Assembly (NCBI GenBank): GCA_965205675.1
Contig: OZ242186.1
Coordinates: 1,824,001 to 1,888,000, forward strand
Length of the DNA: 64,000 nucleotides
Origin: Nitrosopumilus sp.
GTDB lineage: Archaea; Thermoproteota; Nitrososphaeria; Nitrososphaerales; Nitrosopumilaceae
Direction of reading: 5' to 3'
The notes under the pieces are model-generated. The model worked only from the letters and a program-made list of their open reading frames with translations, did no database searches and had not been told where the DNA came from. Of the stretch, positions 1 through 9,066 are shown one piece after another (positions within the stretch are counted from its first letter, which is position 1; the number at the start of each line of letters is the position of its first letter). Both the position numbers and the translations under genes were made by a program.

Positions 1-212
1 TTGCGTTTACCAGTAATTTCTGCAGTGTGTTTTGCTCGTTGAATAGGACTAGAGTAAATAGCTGAAATATTCATATGTTCAAGTAATTCAGCAGTATGTT
101 CTGCTTGTTTAATACCAGTTTCAGTTAGAGGGACACCTTCTGTTCGTCCAGCAAGTATCCTATCAATATTATTTTTTGCTTGTCCATGTCTAAGAAAAAT
201 GATCTGCCCCAA
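1..212 (-). CDS. Histidine phosphatase (phosphoglycerate mutase-like) family protein, 5' part; runs off window start
   Basis: Manual translation from TTG at 212: (M)GQIIFLRHGQAKNNIDRILAGRTEGVPLTETGIKQAE, with the RHG catalytic motif. Confidence 0.85.
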   Translation of the reverse strand, partial: MGQIIFLRHGQAKNNIDRILAGRTEGVPLTETGIKQAEHTAELLEHMNISAIYSSPIQRAKHTAEITGKR

Positions 213-262
213 TTTGATCGATTTTCAAATAGAGATAATAATAACATTGTCAGACAAACATC

Positions 263-934
263 ATGAAAATTGGAATTATTGGTGGAACTGGTGGGATGGG
301 TAAAGGATTTGCGTTGAGATGGTCCCAAAATAATGATGTTATTGTTGGCTCTAGAGATGCTACAAGAGCATCAGAATCTGCTACAGAATATACAAATCTT
401 GTAAAAGAAGCATTTGGAGAAATAAAAGGAACTATTGCTGGAAACGACAATATTTCTGTTGCAAAAGAAAGTGACGTTTTGATTTTATCAATTCCATATG
501 AGAATATAGACTCTGTATGTTCAGGAATATTATCAGAAATTAAAGAGAGTTGTATAGTAGTATCTCCAATTGTTCCAATGACAAAAACAGATATTGGTTT
601 TGAGTGTGTTTCAATTAAAGAAAATAAACCATTTTCATACAAACTTGTTTCAAAACATATGAAAGATAAATCAAGATTAGTTTCAGCATTTCATGTAATT
701 TCTGAAAAGAAACTAATCAATCCAACATTAGAATTAGATTATGATATCTTTGTTTGTGGAGATGATAAAGAATCTGTACAAGTTGTAAATGGTTTAATTG
801 ATGAAATCAAAGGATTAAGATCAATATATCTAGGACCTATTGAATTATCATATCTAGCAGAAATGTCCACACCACTATTGCTAAATGCAATGATTAGAAA
901 CAAAATGAAAAACCCTGGCATCAAAATCATCTAA
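263..934 (+). CDS. npdG: NADPH-dependent F420 reductase
   Basis: MKIGIIGGTGGMG Rossmann motif, GSR, SAFH, ~220 aa. Confidence 0.85.
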   Translation: MKIGIIGGTGGMGKGFALRWSQNNDVIVGSRDATRASESATEYTNLVKEAFGEIKGTIAGNDNISVAKESDVLILSIPYENIDSVCSGILSEIKESCIVVSPIVPMTKTDIGFECVSIKENKPFSYKLVSKHMKDKSRLVSAFHVISEKKLINPTLELDYDIFVCGDDKESVQVVNGLIDEIKGLRSIYLGPIELSYLAEMSTPLLLNAMIRNKMKNPGIKII

Positions 935-951
935 ATCTATTTCCACTTATC

Positions 952-1185
952 ATGAGTCATGAGTATTATAGACGGGGTAAAAATTGGTATACCGCAATTG
1001 GAGTGATGTTTTGTGTTATGGGAGGAATTGTTCTTATCCAACAATTATTGATTTGGGGAATAGATTTTGTAGCAGAATTCTTGTTAAATGCTGAGTTTAC
1101 AAATGAGAAGGTTTCTGTAGCAATGTTAGGCTTTGGGATTTTTATGATAGCATTAGGATTTATGAAACATGAATCAAAGAGATGA
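952..1185 (+). CDS. Small two-helix membrane protein, hypothetical
   Basis: Two hydrophobic segments; co-oriented between neighbouring genes. Confidence 0.7.
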   Translation: MSHEYYRRGKNWYTAIGVMFCVMGGIVLIQQLLIWGIDFVAEFLLNAEFTNEKVSVAMLGFGIFMIALGFMKHESKR

Positions 1186-1570
1186 ATTCCTGAAAAAACA
1201 AAAAATATTACGATTAGCTACAGTAGGTGAAAATAAAACTCCACACATTACTCCTGTGTGGTATAGATATAATGGAAAAAAATTCCATATTGGAACAAAT
1301 ACTAGAACACAAAAGGCAAAGAATCTGCAAAAAAATAAACATGTTTCTTGTTGTATAGATGTAGGAACTAATGCCCCAAATATCTATGGTGTTTTAGTTC
1401 AAGGAAACGCAAATATTATTTTAGAAAAGTCAAAAGTTAAAATAATTGCAAAGAAAATTCTTTTGAGATATTTTAAAACATTAGAGAATAAATCAGCAAA
1501 AGAACTATTAGATAAAACAGACTGTATTATAGAAATAATACCTAAAAAATTTACAGTTTGGAACTACTAA
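1169..1570 (+). CDS. Pyridoxamine 5'-phosphate oxidase-like (F420/FMN split-barrel) protein
   Basis: RLATV...PHITPVWY...K..NL..N..V motif pattern. Confidence 0.85.
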   Translation: MNQRDEFLKKQKILRLATVGENKTPHITPVWYRYNGKKFHIGTNTRTQKAKNLQKNKHVSCCIDVGTNAPNIYGVLVQGNANIILEKSKVKIIAKKILLRYFKTLENKSAKELLDKTDCIIEIIPKKFTVWNY

Positions 1571-2735
1571 CAAATTTTTCGATTTTATTCATTGCAGAAT
1601 CTAAGACTTCAAGATTTGGTAAATATACTAATCTAAAATGCCCACTTCCATATTGTTTTCCAAATCCAGAACCATGAACAGTGAGTACACCTTTTTCTTC
1701 CAATAATTTTGTTATAAATTCCTTATCAGTTGCAAATTTATTGTTTTCAATTTTTGGAAATGCATAAAATGCACCTTTTGGATTAGAACATGATAATCCA
1801 GGCATTTCATTTAGTCGTTTGACAACAAAATCTCTGTGTTTTTTCATTTCTGAAACAAAATCATTGATGTAGTTTTGAGGTCCACGTAATGATTCCAAAG
1901 CAGCATATTGTACTGGAAGACTAGTTGCAATTCTAACTCTGGCTAATTTTGGAAGATGCTCTCGTAATTCTGTTAATTGAGGAGATTGATTAAATGCAAT
2001 ATATCCAATTCTCCAACCAGACATTAGATGAACTTTAGAAAAACCATTTAGAACAATAACTGGGGAATCACCAGCTACTTTGCCAATCCCAACAAATTTT
2101 TCATCAAATACTATCTGATCATAAATCTCATCACAAATAATGTAAAGATTATGTTGATTTGCAATATCTACTAATTCTTGTAATGCTTTTTCATTAAACA
2201 CGACTCCAGTTGGATTATTTGGACTGATGAGACATATAGCTACAGTCTTTGATGTAATTTTTGATTTAATATCATCAATATCAGGAGTAGAATTATTCAA
2301 ATCTACTGCAAATTCTACTGGAACTCCACCATGTAATCTGACATAGGAAGCATATGGAGGATAGTAGGGTCCTGGGAGTAGTACTTCATCACTTTCTTCA
2401 ACTATTGAAGAGATGACCATATCAAGTCCTTCAGACACCCCATTTGTAATTAAAATATCATCAGCAGTAATAGATAATCCTTTAGCATTTTCTTTTTTAG
2501 CAATTTCTTTTCTTAGCTCTAATAGACCTTCAGATGTAGAATAGAAATTATCACCATTGTTAATTGAACCAATCAAAGCTTGTTTTACATTATCAGGAGG
2601 TTGAAAACCAAATTGTACAGGATCACCAATGTTCAGATAATCAACCGGCATTCCTTTTTCTTCAATTTTTCTAGCAATTAGAACAATATCCCTGATAGCA
2701 TATTCTACTCCAACTACTTTTTTTGATACCTTCAA
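1551..2735 (-). CDS. Class I/II PLP-dependent aminotransferase (AlaA/AspB-like)
   Basis: LNIGDP, SPNNPTG, DEIYD, GFSK...GWRIG motifs. Confidence 0.92.
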   Translation of the reverse strand: MKVSKKVVGVEYAIRDIVLIARKIEEKGMPVDYLNIGDPVQFGFQPPDNVKQALIGSINNGDNFYSTSEGLLELRKEIAKKENAKGLSITADDILITNGVSEGLDMVISSIVEESDEVLLPGPYYPPYASYVRLHGGVPVEFAVDLNNSTPDIDDIKSKITSKTVAICLISPNNPTGVVFNEKALQELVDIANQHNLYIICDEIYDQIVFDEKFVGIGKVAGDSPVIVLNGFSKVHLMSGWRIGYIAFNQSPQLTELREHLPKLARVRIATSLPVQYAALESLRGPQNYINDFVSEMKKHRDFVVKRLNEMPGLSCSNPKGAFYAFPKIENNKFATDKEFITKLLEEKGVLTVHGSGFGKQYGSGHFRLVYLPNLEVLDSAMNKIEKFVSSSKL

Positions 2736-3039
2736 AGTATCTAGACAAATATTTAGACCATACTTTACTATAGCTATTTTTATTCATTTGATCAATTTTT
2801 CATGTAATCTCATGGTTTCGCTTTTTTCATTTGATAGAGTTGTGACTTTTACGCCTAATCCCCTACCTTTTCAGGACCAGAAATAATGAGACCTCAAAGT
2901 ATGGATCTTCGTGTAAAGTAGCAATAAGACTTTGTTGTTATTATTTCATGACTATGAATATTACCTGATATGGTTGAAGTAATACTTTGTTGTCATAATT
3001 TGTACATGTTACTATTGGAGGGAACTGGTAAGTTAGCGT

Positions 3040-3106
3040 TACACTGTTCAATCTCCGGAGCTTTTCAACTGCCTGTTAAATTAGAGACTTTTTGTGTTAA
3101 GTTAGG
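3040..3106 (+). repeat. Left terminal inverted repeat (67 bp)
   Basis: tacactgttcaatctccggagcttttcaactgcctgttaaattagagactttttgtgttaagttagg. Confidence 0.92.
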
Positions 3107-3109
3107 GTC

Positions 3110-5281
3110 TTAATTCAGATCAAGAGGTTTCCAGTCTGAAAAATCCTTTTCATCATACTCATATTCCTCATTGTCATTGTACAACCATTCACCATTCTCA
3201 AATACTGCAATACCACCAAAAACCTTCTTGGACTTGTTGTTTCTGATGTATCTAGATAATGCCTCTGCCTTTGGTTTGGCAATCTTGGCTGTAAATCCTG
3301 CTTTTGTGTCGTATAGACCTATTCTGCCATCATTCATGCGAATAACAAAGTCAACATAAAATGCGTGAGGTTCTCCAGTCTCAGGATCATCATACTTTAT
3401 GGCAAAGTATTTCTTGTCATTGACCTCATTTTTAAACCACCATTTCACGTTATTTTCTTCTTCAAGAAAATCCATGAATCGGATCTCATTTTGTATGTCT
3501 GTTTTGATATAAGCTGGTGACATTATGCATTTTTTGTAGTCTTTTTTGTCATAGACTTTGGTATATTCTGTATTTTTTGGTATATTCCATTTTTGAATAT
3601 CTTCTGTTTCACGATTGATTTTTTCAACAACATCTCTGGTAAACTGAGATTTTGATTCAGATATTGCCCTGATAAAATGATCCTTATTTTTTGTAGACAA
3701 TGTTATGTTTGCCATGTCCATAAGATCAGTTATTTTGGTGTTTTTCTCAAAAAATTGATGAATACATCTTTTTATGATTCCGTGAGAGTGTTCTTTTGCG
3801 AAAGGTTCTGACATTTCTCTTGCAAATGAATCGAATCTATTTTGTAAATTCATTGCATCAGATTGTCTAATCAGTAAAGTTCCTTGAAGACTTTGGTTTT
3901 TATCCAATTCTATAATCTCTGCATCAGATATTAGATTCTGTTCTAATTGTGGAACATTCAATGAAATTTTATCTATGATATGTTGTCTGTTTGCAACATT
4001 AGAAAAGATCTTGCGAAATTCTGCATTAAGACGAGTTTTTTCATGTTTTCGTTTTATGTATATGGATTTTAGATCAATATCCTCATGAAGATCTTCTCTT
4101 CGTATGGACTCATAAATTGTAATATAGTCTCTTGTGACATCTTCGGCAATCTGTACTTCTTCAATGTTTGTGTATACATAGGCATGATTTAATTCATCAT
4201 TATCATAATGTCTTATTTCTGGCATTCTAATTATTCTGCCTATTGTCTGTATAGAAAATTCAAATTTTTTCCATTCTCTAAATAACACAAGAATTGATGA
4301 ACGTGGACAATCCCATCCTACAGTAATTGCCTGTTTAAAGATTAAAACTTCAACCTCATTTTCATTTTTTTCAATATTTTCAAGATTTACCTTGTTGTCT
4401 TTGTCTGAAAGATAAATTGCAAGTTTACCATTGTTTGTATTTATTCCAAACCTTGAGTTCAAGAGTTCGATTACTTGATCTTTTCTATCCGACATTCCTT
4501 TGCGTGAATCAGGTAATTGTATTAATACCAGAGGATTCACACTAGAATTTTCATTCTCATAACTTTTCTTTAATTCCTGTCTTTTTTCAAGAGCTGTCTT
4601 TATGATTAATTCATCTGTTGTGCTACCTTGAGTATTTCCAAGATGATAATTTAATCTTACAGAATTTTTCACCATCTCTTCATCTTTGACTTCTTGAAGA
4701 TCAATACTTTGAACATAATCAGTATCAGAAATTTTAGGCGTAGCTGAAACCTCTATCGTTACCTTTGGGTTTATTTTTTGGATTATTTCTCTTGATTTTT
4801 CAGAGCTTGCAGTATGATGACTTTCATCAATGATTAGGATTATTTCTCTACCTTCATCTTTTGTATTTTCTATGACTTTTGATAGATTAAACTCATTTTC
4901 ATTTTCTCGTATGTAGATATTTTTTTCTTGGTTTATACTCTGCCAGTTGAAAAACAAGATTTCTTTATCCTGTATCTGTTTGTCTTGTAAATCATTGAAA
5001 TTTGCACATCCTACAGTTTGTAAATCCTCGTAATATTTTTCTAATTTTTCCTTACTTTGGTCATGTAGTTTATGAACAGTAATCCAAATAAATGCAATTT
5101 CTTTTCCATCCTTTCTATTATCTACAAGTCTCTTGATCAGTTCAGCCATCATGATTGTCTTACCTGATCCAGTCGGAGACTTGAAAATGCAAATTTTCTT
5201 TGATTCTAAATTAAGAAATTCATCTATTTTTTGTTTTAACTCACTTACGTGTTTTTCTTGATAATTTCTTAGTCTGAACAT
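3110..5281 (-). CDS. res: Type III-like restriction endonuclease Res subunit (SF2 helicase + PD-(D/E)xK nuclease)
   Basis: SPTGSGKT Walker A, IDESHH, GWDCPR, QTIGRIIR, C-terminal FYVDF...YDTK; likely start MFRLRNYQ at 5281. Confidence 0.88.
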   Translation of the reverse strand: MFRLRNYQEKHVSELKQKIDEFLNLESKKICIFKSPTGSGKTIMMAELIKRLVDNRKDGKEIAFIWITVHKLHDQSKEKLEKYYEDLQTVGCANFNDLQDKQIQDKEILFFNWQSINQEKNIYIRENENEFNLSKVIENTKDEGREIILIIDESHHTASSEKSREIIQKINPKVTIEVSATPKISDTDYVQSIDLQEVKDEEMVKNSVRLNYHLGNTQGSTTDELIIKTALEKRQELKKSYENENSSVNPLVLIQLPDSRKGMSDRKDQVIELLNSRFGINTNNGKLAIYLSDKDNKVNLENIEKNENEVEVLIFKQAITVGWDCPRSSILVLFREWKKFEFSIQTIGRIIRMPEIRHYDNDELNHAYVYTNIEEVQIAEDVTRDYITIYESIRREDLHEDIDLKSIYIKRKHEKTRLNAEFRKIFSNVANRQHIIDKISLNVPQLEQNLISDAEIIELDKNQSLQGTLLIRQSDAMNLQNRFDSFAREMSEPFAKEHSHGIIKRCIHQFFEKNTKITDLMDMANITLSTKNKDHFIRAISESKSQFTRDVVEKINRETEDIQKWNIPKNTEYTKVYDKKDYKKCIMSPAYIKTDIQNEIRFMDFLEEENNVKWWFKNEVNDKKYFAIKYDDPETGEPHAFYVDFVIRMNDGRIGLYDTKAGFTAKIAKPKAEALSRYIRNNKSKKVFGGIAVFENGEWLYNDNEEYEYDEKDFSDWKPLDLN

Positions 5282-6918
5282 ACGCAAATATCCTCTTGTA
5301 TACATTTAGTATTGCGGAAGGTATTGGTTTTAAAGTTACTAATGATCGGATATTTTCAAACTCATCTGTATTTACTTCATCAGTCAATGAAAATACATAC
5401 GTATTGATTTTTTTATCCAATTTTAGAACCTCTTTTTTGAATGATTCTATTCCATCATTAATAGATAATTCCAAGATATTTATTCTCATGATTCTTGAAT
5501 ATTTTGAATTGTTTTCCTTTTTTGACTAGTTCAAAACAATCTTCTTTTAAGCATAACATTTCTGTTGATTGTTCCACCATCACCCTCTTATTCTGATCTG
5601 TTGGTTCTGAATCTACAAACAAAGTTTTGAAATATTTGAGATTACCACCTAATCCGTCTATTTTTTTATCTTTGACACTCTTGTAACCCTTGATCACTTT
5701 TTTTAATCTTGGATAACAAACATCAGTACAAATATTATTTTCATTATTTGTACAGAGAATAAATTTTCTGTTTCCTTCATCCTCTTTATTCAATTCCATT
5801 ACTGCATGTCCTGTAGTTCCCGAACCCGCAAAGAAATCTAAAATCAAGGACTCTTTGTTTGAGGCAATTTGTAAAATCCTTTTAATTAGTCTAACTGGTT
5901 TTGGTGTAGAAAATACATCATCAGGCAAAATATTTTGTAGTTCTTGTTTTGCTTCTTGATTATCTCCAGCTTCATCTCTTAACCAAATTGTTTTTGGTAT
6001 TACTCCATCTCTAACATCTGATAAAAATCGCTTAAATCTAGGCACATTATTTCCAGATTTTCCAAAATATATCCTATTATCTTTTATCAATTCATCAAGT
6101 TTTCTTTTTGAAAATCTCCAACTTGTACCTTTAGGAGGCATAATTTTTCTACCACTTGGAGTTATTATTTCATATATGTCTTTTTGATTTGGAGTTTTCA
6201 CTTGTAATGGACCTGATGCCCAAACACCTCGAGAATCATTATCTTGATTTTTATAAATTGATAATTGAGATTCCATTCGGGTTAAAAGATTAATTTTTAA
6301 TTTTTTTGAATCTCGTGCATATACAAAAATAAAATCATGATTGTCTGAAAAATATTTTGCATCATTAGAAGACGTATGTTTTTTCTGCCATATTAAAGTG
6401 GCAATAAAATTATTTTCATCAAAAATTTCATTACATAATAATTTTAATTGAGCTTGTTCATTATCATCAATAGAAATAAAAATAATTCCTTTTGAAGAGA
6501 GTAATTTCTTTGCCAGTTCTAATCTCTTTTTCATAAATGATAGCCATTTACTGTGTTTGTATGTATCTTCTCTATCTACAATCTTATCATTATACGTAAA
6601 TTCATTTCCAAGATTATAAGGAGGATCAATATAGATAACATCTATTTTTTCTTTATGACTATAATTCAAAACTGAAAGTGCATGATAATTATCTCCTTCA
6701 ATCAAAATATTATTGGGTTTTGATTTATCTTCAATTCCATTTTTTGTAACATCTTTTAGAACTGGAAGTTTTTTCTTTACTTCTTCTTCAAAAACTTCTT
6801 TAACTCTTTCCTCATCCCAAATTAGACCATATTTTTTTCTCTTGTTCAGTTTTTGAATTTCTTTAACAAGTTCTGGTTTACTCCATTTTTTATAATCGAT
6901 TTTTCCGTTAACTGCCAT
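5241..6918 (-). pseudogene. mod: Type III-like adenine DNA methyltransferase Mod, frameshifted near the C-terminus (5458-6918 plus 5241-~5460)
   Basis: EGDN, YIDPPYN, FSTPKP, LDFFAGSGTTGHA (beta-class order); removing one A at ...ATC TAT TAA TGAT GGA fuses to the downstream frame DGIESFKKEV. Confidence 0.82.
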
Positions 6919-6924
6919 GAATCA

Positions 6925-7062
6925 TCACTTTGATTTTTTTGGGTTACGATCCCAGTAGACACTTTTGCACTTTGCACAACGTAATGGTTTTTCTCCATCT
7001 CTAGACAACCATTCATGATCACATCTACAACATTTCCAAACCTTGCGTGTAACCGTTGGCAT
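6925..7062 (-). CDS. 45-aa Zn-ribbon protein (not in the ORF track), immediately upstream of mod
   Basis: MPTVTRKVWKCCRCDHEWLSRDGEKPLRCAKCKSVYWDRNPKKSK; CxxC...CxxC with HEW/YW; ends 6 nt before the mod ATG. Confidence 0.75.
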   Translation of the reverse strand: MPTVTRKVWKCCRCDHEWLSRDGEKPLRCAKCKSVYWDRNPKKSK

Positions 7063-7112
7063 CACTAAAGGTGATCACCACTTCTATAAAAACATTCACT
7101 AAAAGTGATCAC
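7062..7112. promoter_or_regulatory. Twin 17-bp direct repeats, each with internal dyad symmetry (operator-like)
   Basis: tcactaaaggtgatcac (7062-7078) and tcactaaaagtgatcac (7096-7112) in the divergent intergenic region. Confidence 0.55.
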
Positions 7113-7155
7113 TTAAAATATTAAAATTTATATACACTATTAGAGTCCACTAATA

Positions 7156-8505
7156 GTGATGTCTACAAACAATAAAAGAAAACAAAAAGCAACACAAATT
7201 TTCTCAAAGACAAACTCAATTAGAAAAATTACAAATAATCACTATGTTGTAAATTCACAAAATTCAGATAAAAAATATAACATCAAAAAATTGTCCAAAG
7301 TTGATGTATGGACTTGTGAGTGTAAAGATTTTCATTATAGATTGAGAAAAATGGATGATAAGCATTGCAAACATATTCGAGCTTGTTTGTTACTTCAAGA
7401 TACAATAAACATAGAAAATAAAATAGAGAAAACAGAACAACCTCAAGTTTGTCCAAAATGTAGTTCTACTACAATAATTAAACGTGGATTTAGGAAATTA
7501 AAGAATGGTACAAAGAGACAAAAATATGGTTGTAAACAATGTAATCGTAAATTCATTTTGGGTGAGAACGGATTTTCCAAAGTTTCATCTGATCCAAAAA
7601 TAATCTCTGAATGCCTTAACTTGGTTATGTCGGGTGTTTCATACAGAAATATTGCAAGACATGTTTACTCTACACATGAAATTAAAATTAGTCATGTATC
7701 TGTAAATAACTGGATAAAGAAATACACTTACATGATTAAAGAATATGTGGAATCATTTTATCCTGAATTAGGTGATGTGTGGTCACTTGATGAAATGTAT
7801 CTTAATGTTAAAAATACAAAGAAAACAGGTAAAGGATTTCATGACTGGTTATGGAGTATCATTGACCCAAAAACTAGATTTCTAATTGCTACAGAAGTTT
7901 CCAAAAAGAGGGAAATTTCAGATGCAAGAAAGATTATTGCAAGGGGTAAAAAATCAATCTCAAAAAACCCAAATTATGTTCTAACTGATTCTCTAAACTC
8001 ATACCAAGAAGCAATCAGAAAAGAGTTTGAAAATAGAACTGCACATGTGAGAACCAAATCTCTCAAAGATGGATTTGTGAATAGACCTATCGAAAGATAC
8101 CACAATGAAATTAGGGAAAATACTAAAACTAGACGTGGACTAGGTAACGATGATTCTGCTCAAGACTTTGTAGAACTGTTAAAGATTAATCATAATTTTG
8201 TAAAACCACATCAAGGATTAAAAGGTAAAACGCCAGCTCAAGCTGCAAATATTGACTTGAATCTGGGCAATGACAAATATTTAGATTTAATCAAACAAGC
8301 TGGAAGCAAACCAAATTTTGTAAATAATCTAGGGAAACGAATCAAGAAAGTAACTATTGTAAATGAAGGTGATTGTATCAGGATAATTCCTAAATGTTGG
8401 ATCGATAAACACATCTGGCGAGAGATTAATGATATATTGAGACTATATGGATTTGCATGGTTATCTAATGGAAAAGACAGTTATTGGATCAAGCTAGTTT
8501 CCTAA
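7156..8505 (+). CDS. DDE transposase (IS6-like) with N-terminal SWIM Zn finger and Zn ribbon
   Basis: CECKDF...CKHI (SWIM), CPKC...CKQC, SYRNIA HTH, WSLDEMY / VLTDSL..Y / IERYHNEIR catalytic triad, TPAQAA. Confidence 0.88.
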   Translation: MMSTNNKRKQKATQIFSKTNSIRKITNNHYVVNSQNSDKKYNIKKLSKVDVWTCECKDFHYRLRKMDDKHCKHIRACLLLQDTINIENKIEKTEQPQVCPKCSSTTIIKRGFRKLKNGTKRQKYGCKQCNRKFILGENGFSKVSSDPKIISECLNLVMSGVSYRNIARHVYSTHEIKISHVSVNNWIKKYTYMIKEYVESFYPELGDVWSLDEMYLNVKNTKKTGKGFHDWLWSIIDPKTRFLIATEVSKKREISDARKIIARGKKSISKNPNYVLTDSLNSYQEAIRKEFENRTAHVRTKSLKDGFVNRPIERYHNEIRENTKTRRGLGNDDSAQDFVELLKINHNFVKPHQGLKGKTPAQAANIDLNLGNDKYLDLIKQAGSKPNFVNNLGKRIKKVTIVNEGDCIRIIPKCWIDKHIWREINDILRLYGFAWLSNGKDSYWIKLVS

Positions 8506-8536
8506 ACTTTTTGTATGTGTAAAATTCATCAAAATC

Positions 8537-8635
8537 ATGAAAACATTTTGTAAATGTGGATGTCAAACACCACTAACTGATTACGAGTATCGTAAATTTT
8601 CAGGATATAAAAGAGGGCATGAACCATTACCATAA
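8537..8635 (+). CDS. 32-aa Cys-rich micro-ORF (CKCGC...GH)
   Basis: MKTFCKCGCQTPLTDYEYRKFSGYKRGHEPLP. Confidence 0.4.
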   Translation: MKTFCKCGCQTPLTDYEYRKFSGYKRGHEPLP

Positions 8636-8654
8636 TTTTATTCAATGAATAGTC

Positions 8655-8822
8655 ATGTTAGGTATAGAAGTATCAGATCAAGAAATAGTCAAAAGACTAA
8701 AGGAAACAATAGAATTTCTCAAAGTTGAATCTGTTGGAGGTATGTGGAATACGCCTCAACTAATAGATATGCTAGAGGATTTACTTAAAGAAGATTCCAA
8801 GATTTACAAAAATAATAATTAA
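8655..8822 (+). CDS. 55-aa hypothetical protein
   Basis: MLGIEVSDQEIVKRLKETIEFLKVESVGGMWNTPQLIDMLEDLLKEDSKIYKNNN, inside the right TIR. Confidence 0.45.
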   Translation: MLGIEVSDQEIVKRLKETIEFLKVESVGGMWNTPQLIDMLEDLLKEDSKIYKNNN

Positions 8823-8854
8823 AAATTCCAGTTATTTTTTCAATATGAAAAGCA

Positions 8855-8921
8855 CCTAACTTCACACAAAAAGTCTCTAATTTAACACCCTGTTGAAAAG
8901 CTCCGGAGATTGAACAGTGTA
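8855..8921 (-). repeat. Right terminal inverted repeat (67 bp)
   Basis: Reverse complement of 3040-3106 with 4 mismatches. Confidence 0.92.
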
Positions 8922-9066
8922 CAAATCTTATTGCTGGTAAGTGTCGAGGCTTTTATTTATCTGACTTTCTTCTATGGATCTGTTAAGTAATTAGTAGATA
9001 GTCTACAAATTTTCTTCCTGTTAAGGGTCGCTATCTGGTATTTTTTTAGGAATTGTCCAGTAATTC

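Larger units (their letters stand above)
3040..8921. mobile_element. 5.9-kb transposon with 67-bp terminal inverted repeats, IS6-like DDE transposase and restriction-modification cargo
   Basis: 3040-3106 and 8855-8921 are reverse complements (63/67 identical) and enclose res, mod and the transposase. Confidence 0.85.

Noticed and set aside
3021-8945. ctggtaagt on both sides of the R-M transposon as a target duplication
   Set aside because: The copies do not abut the TIRs and sit at unequal distances; likely chance
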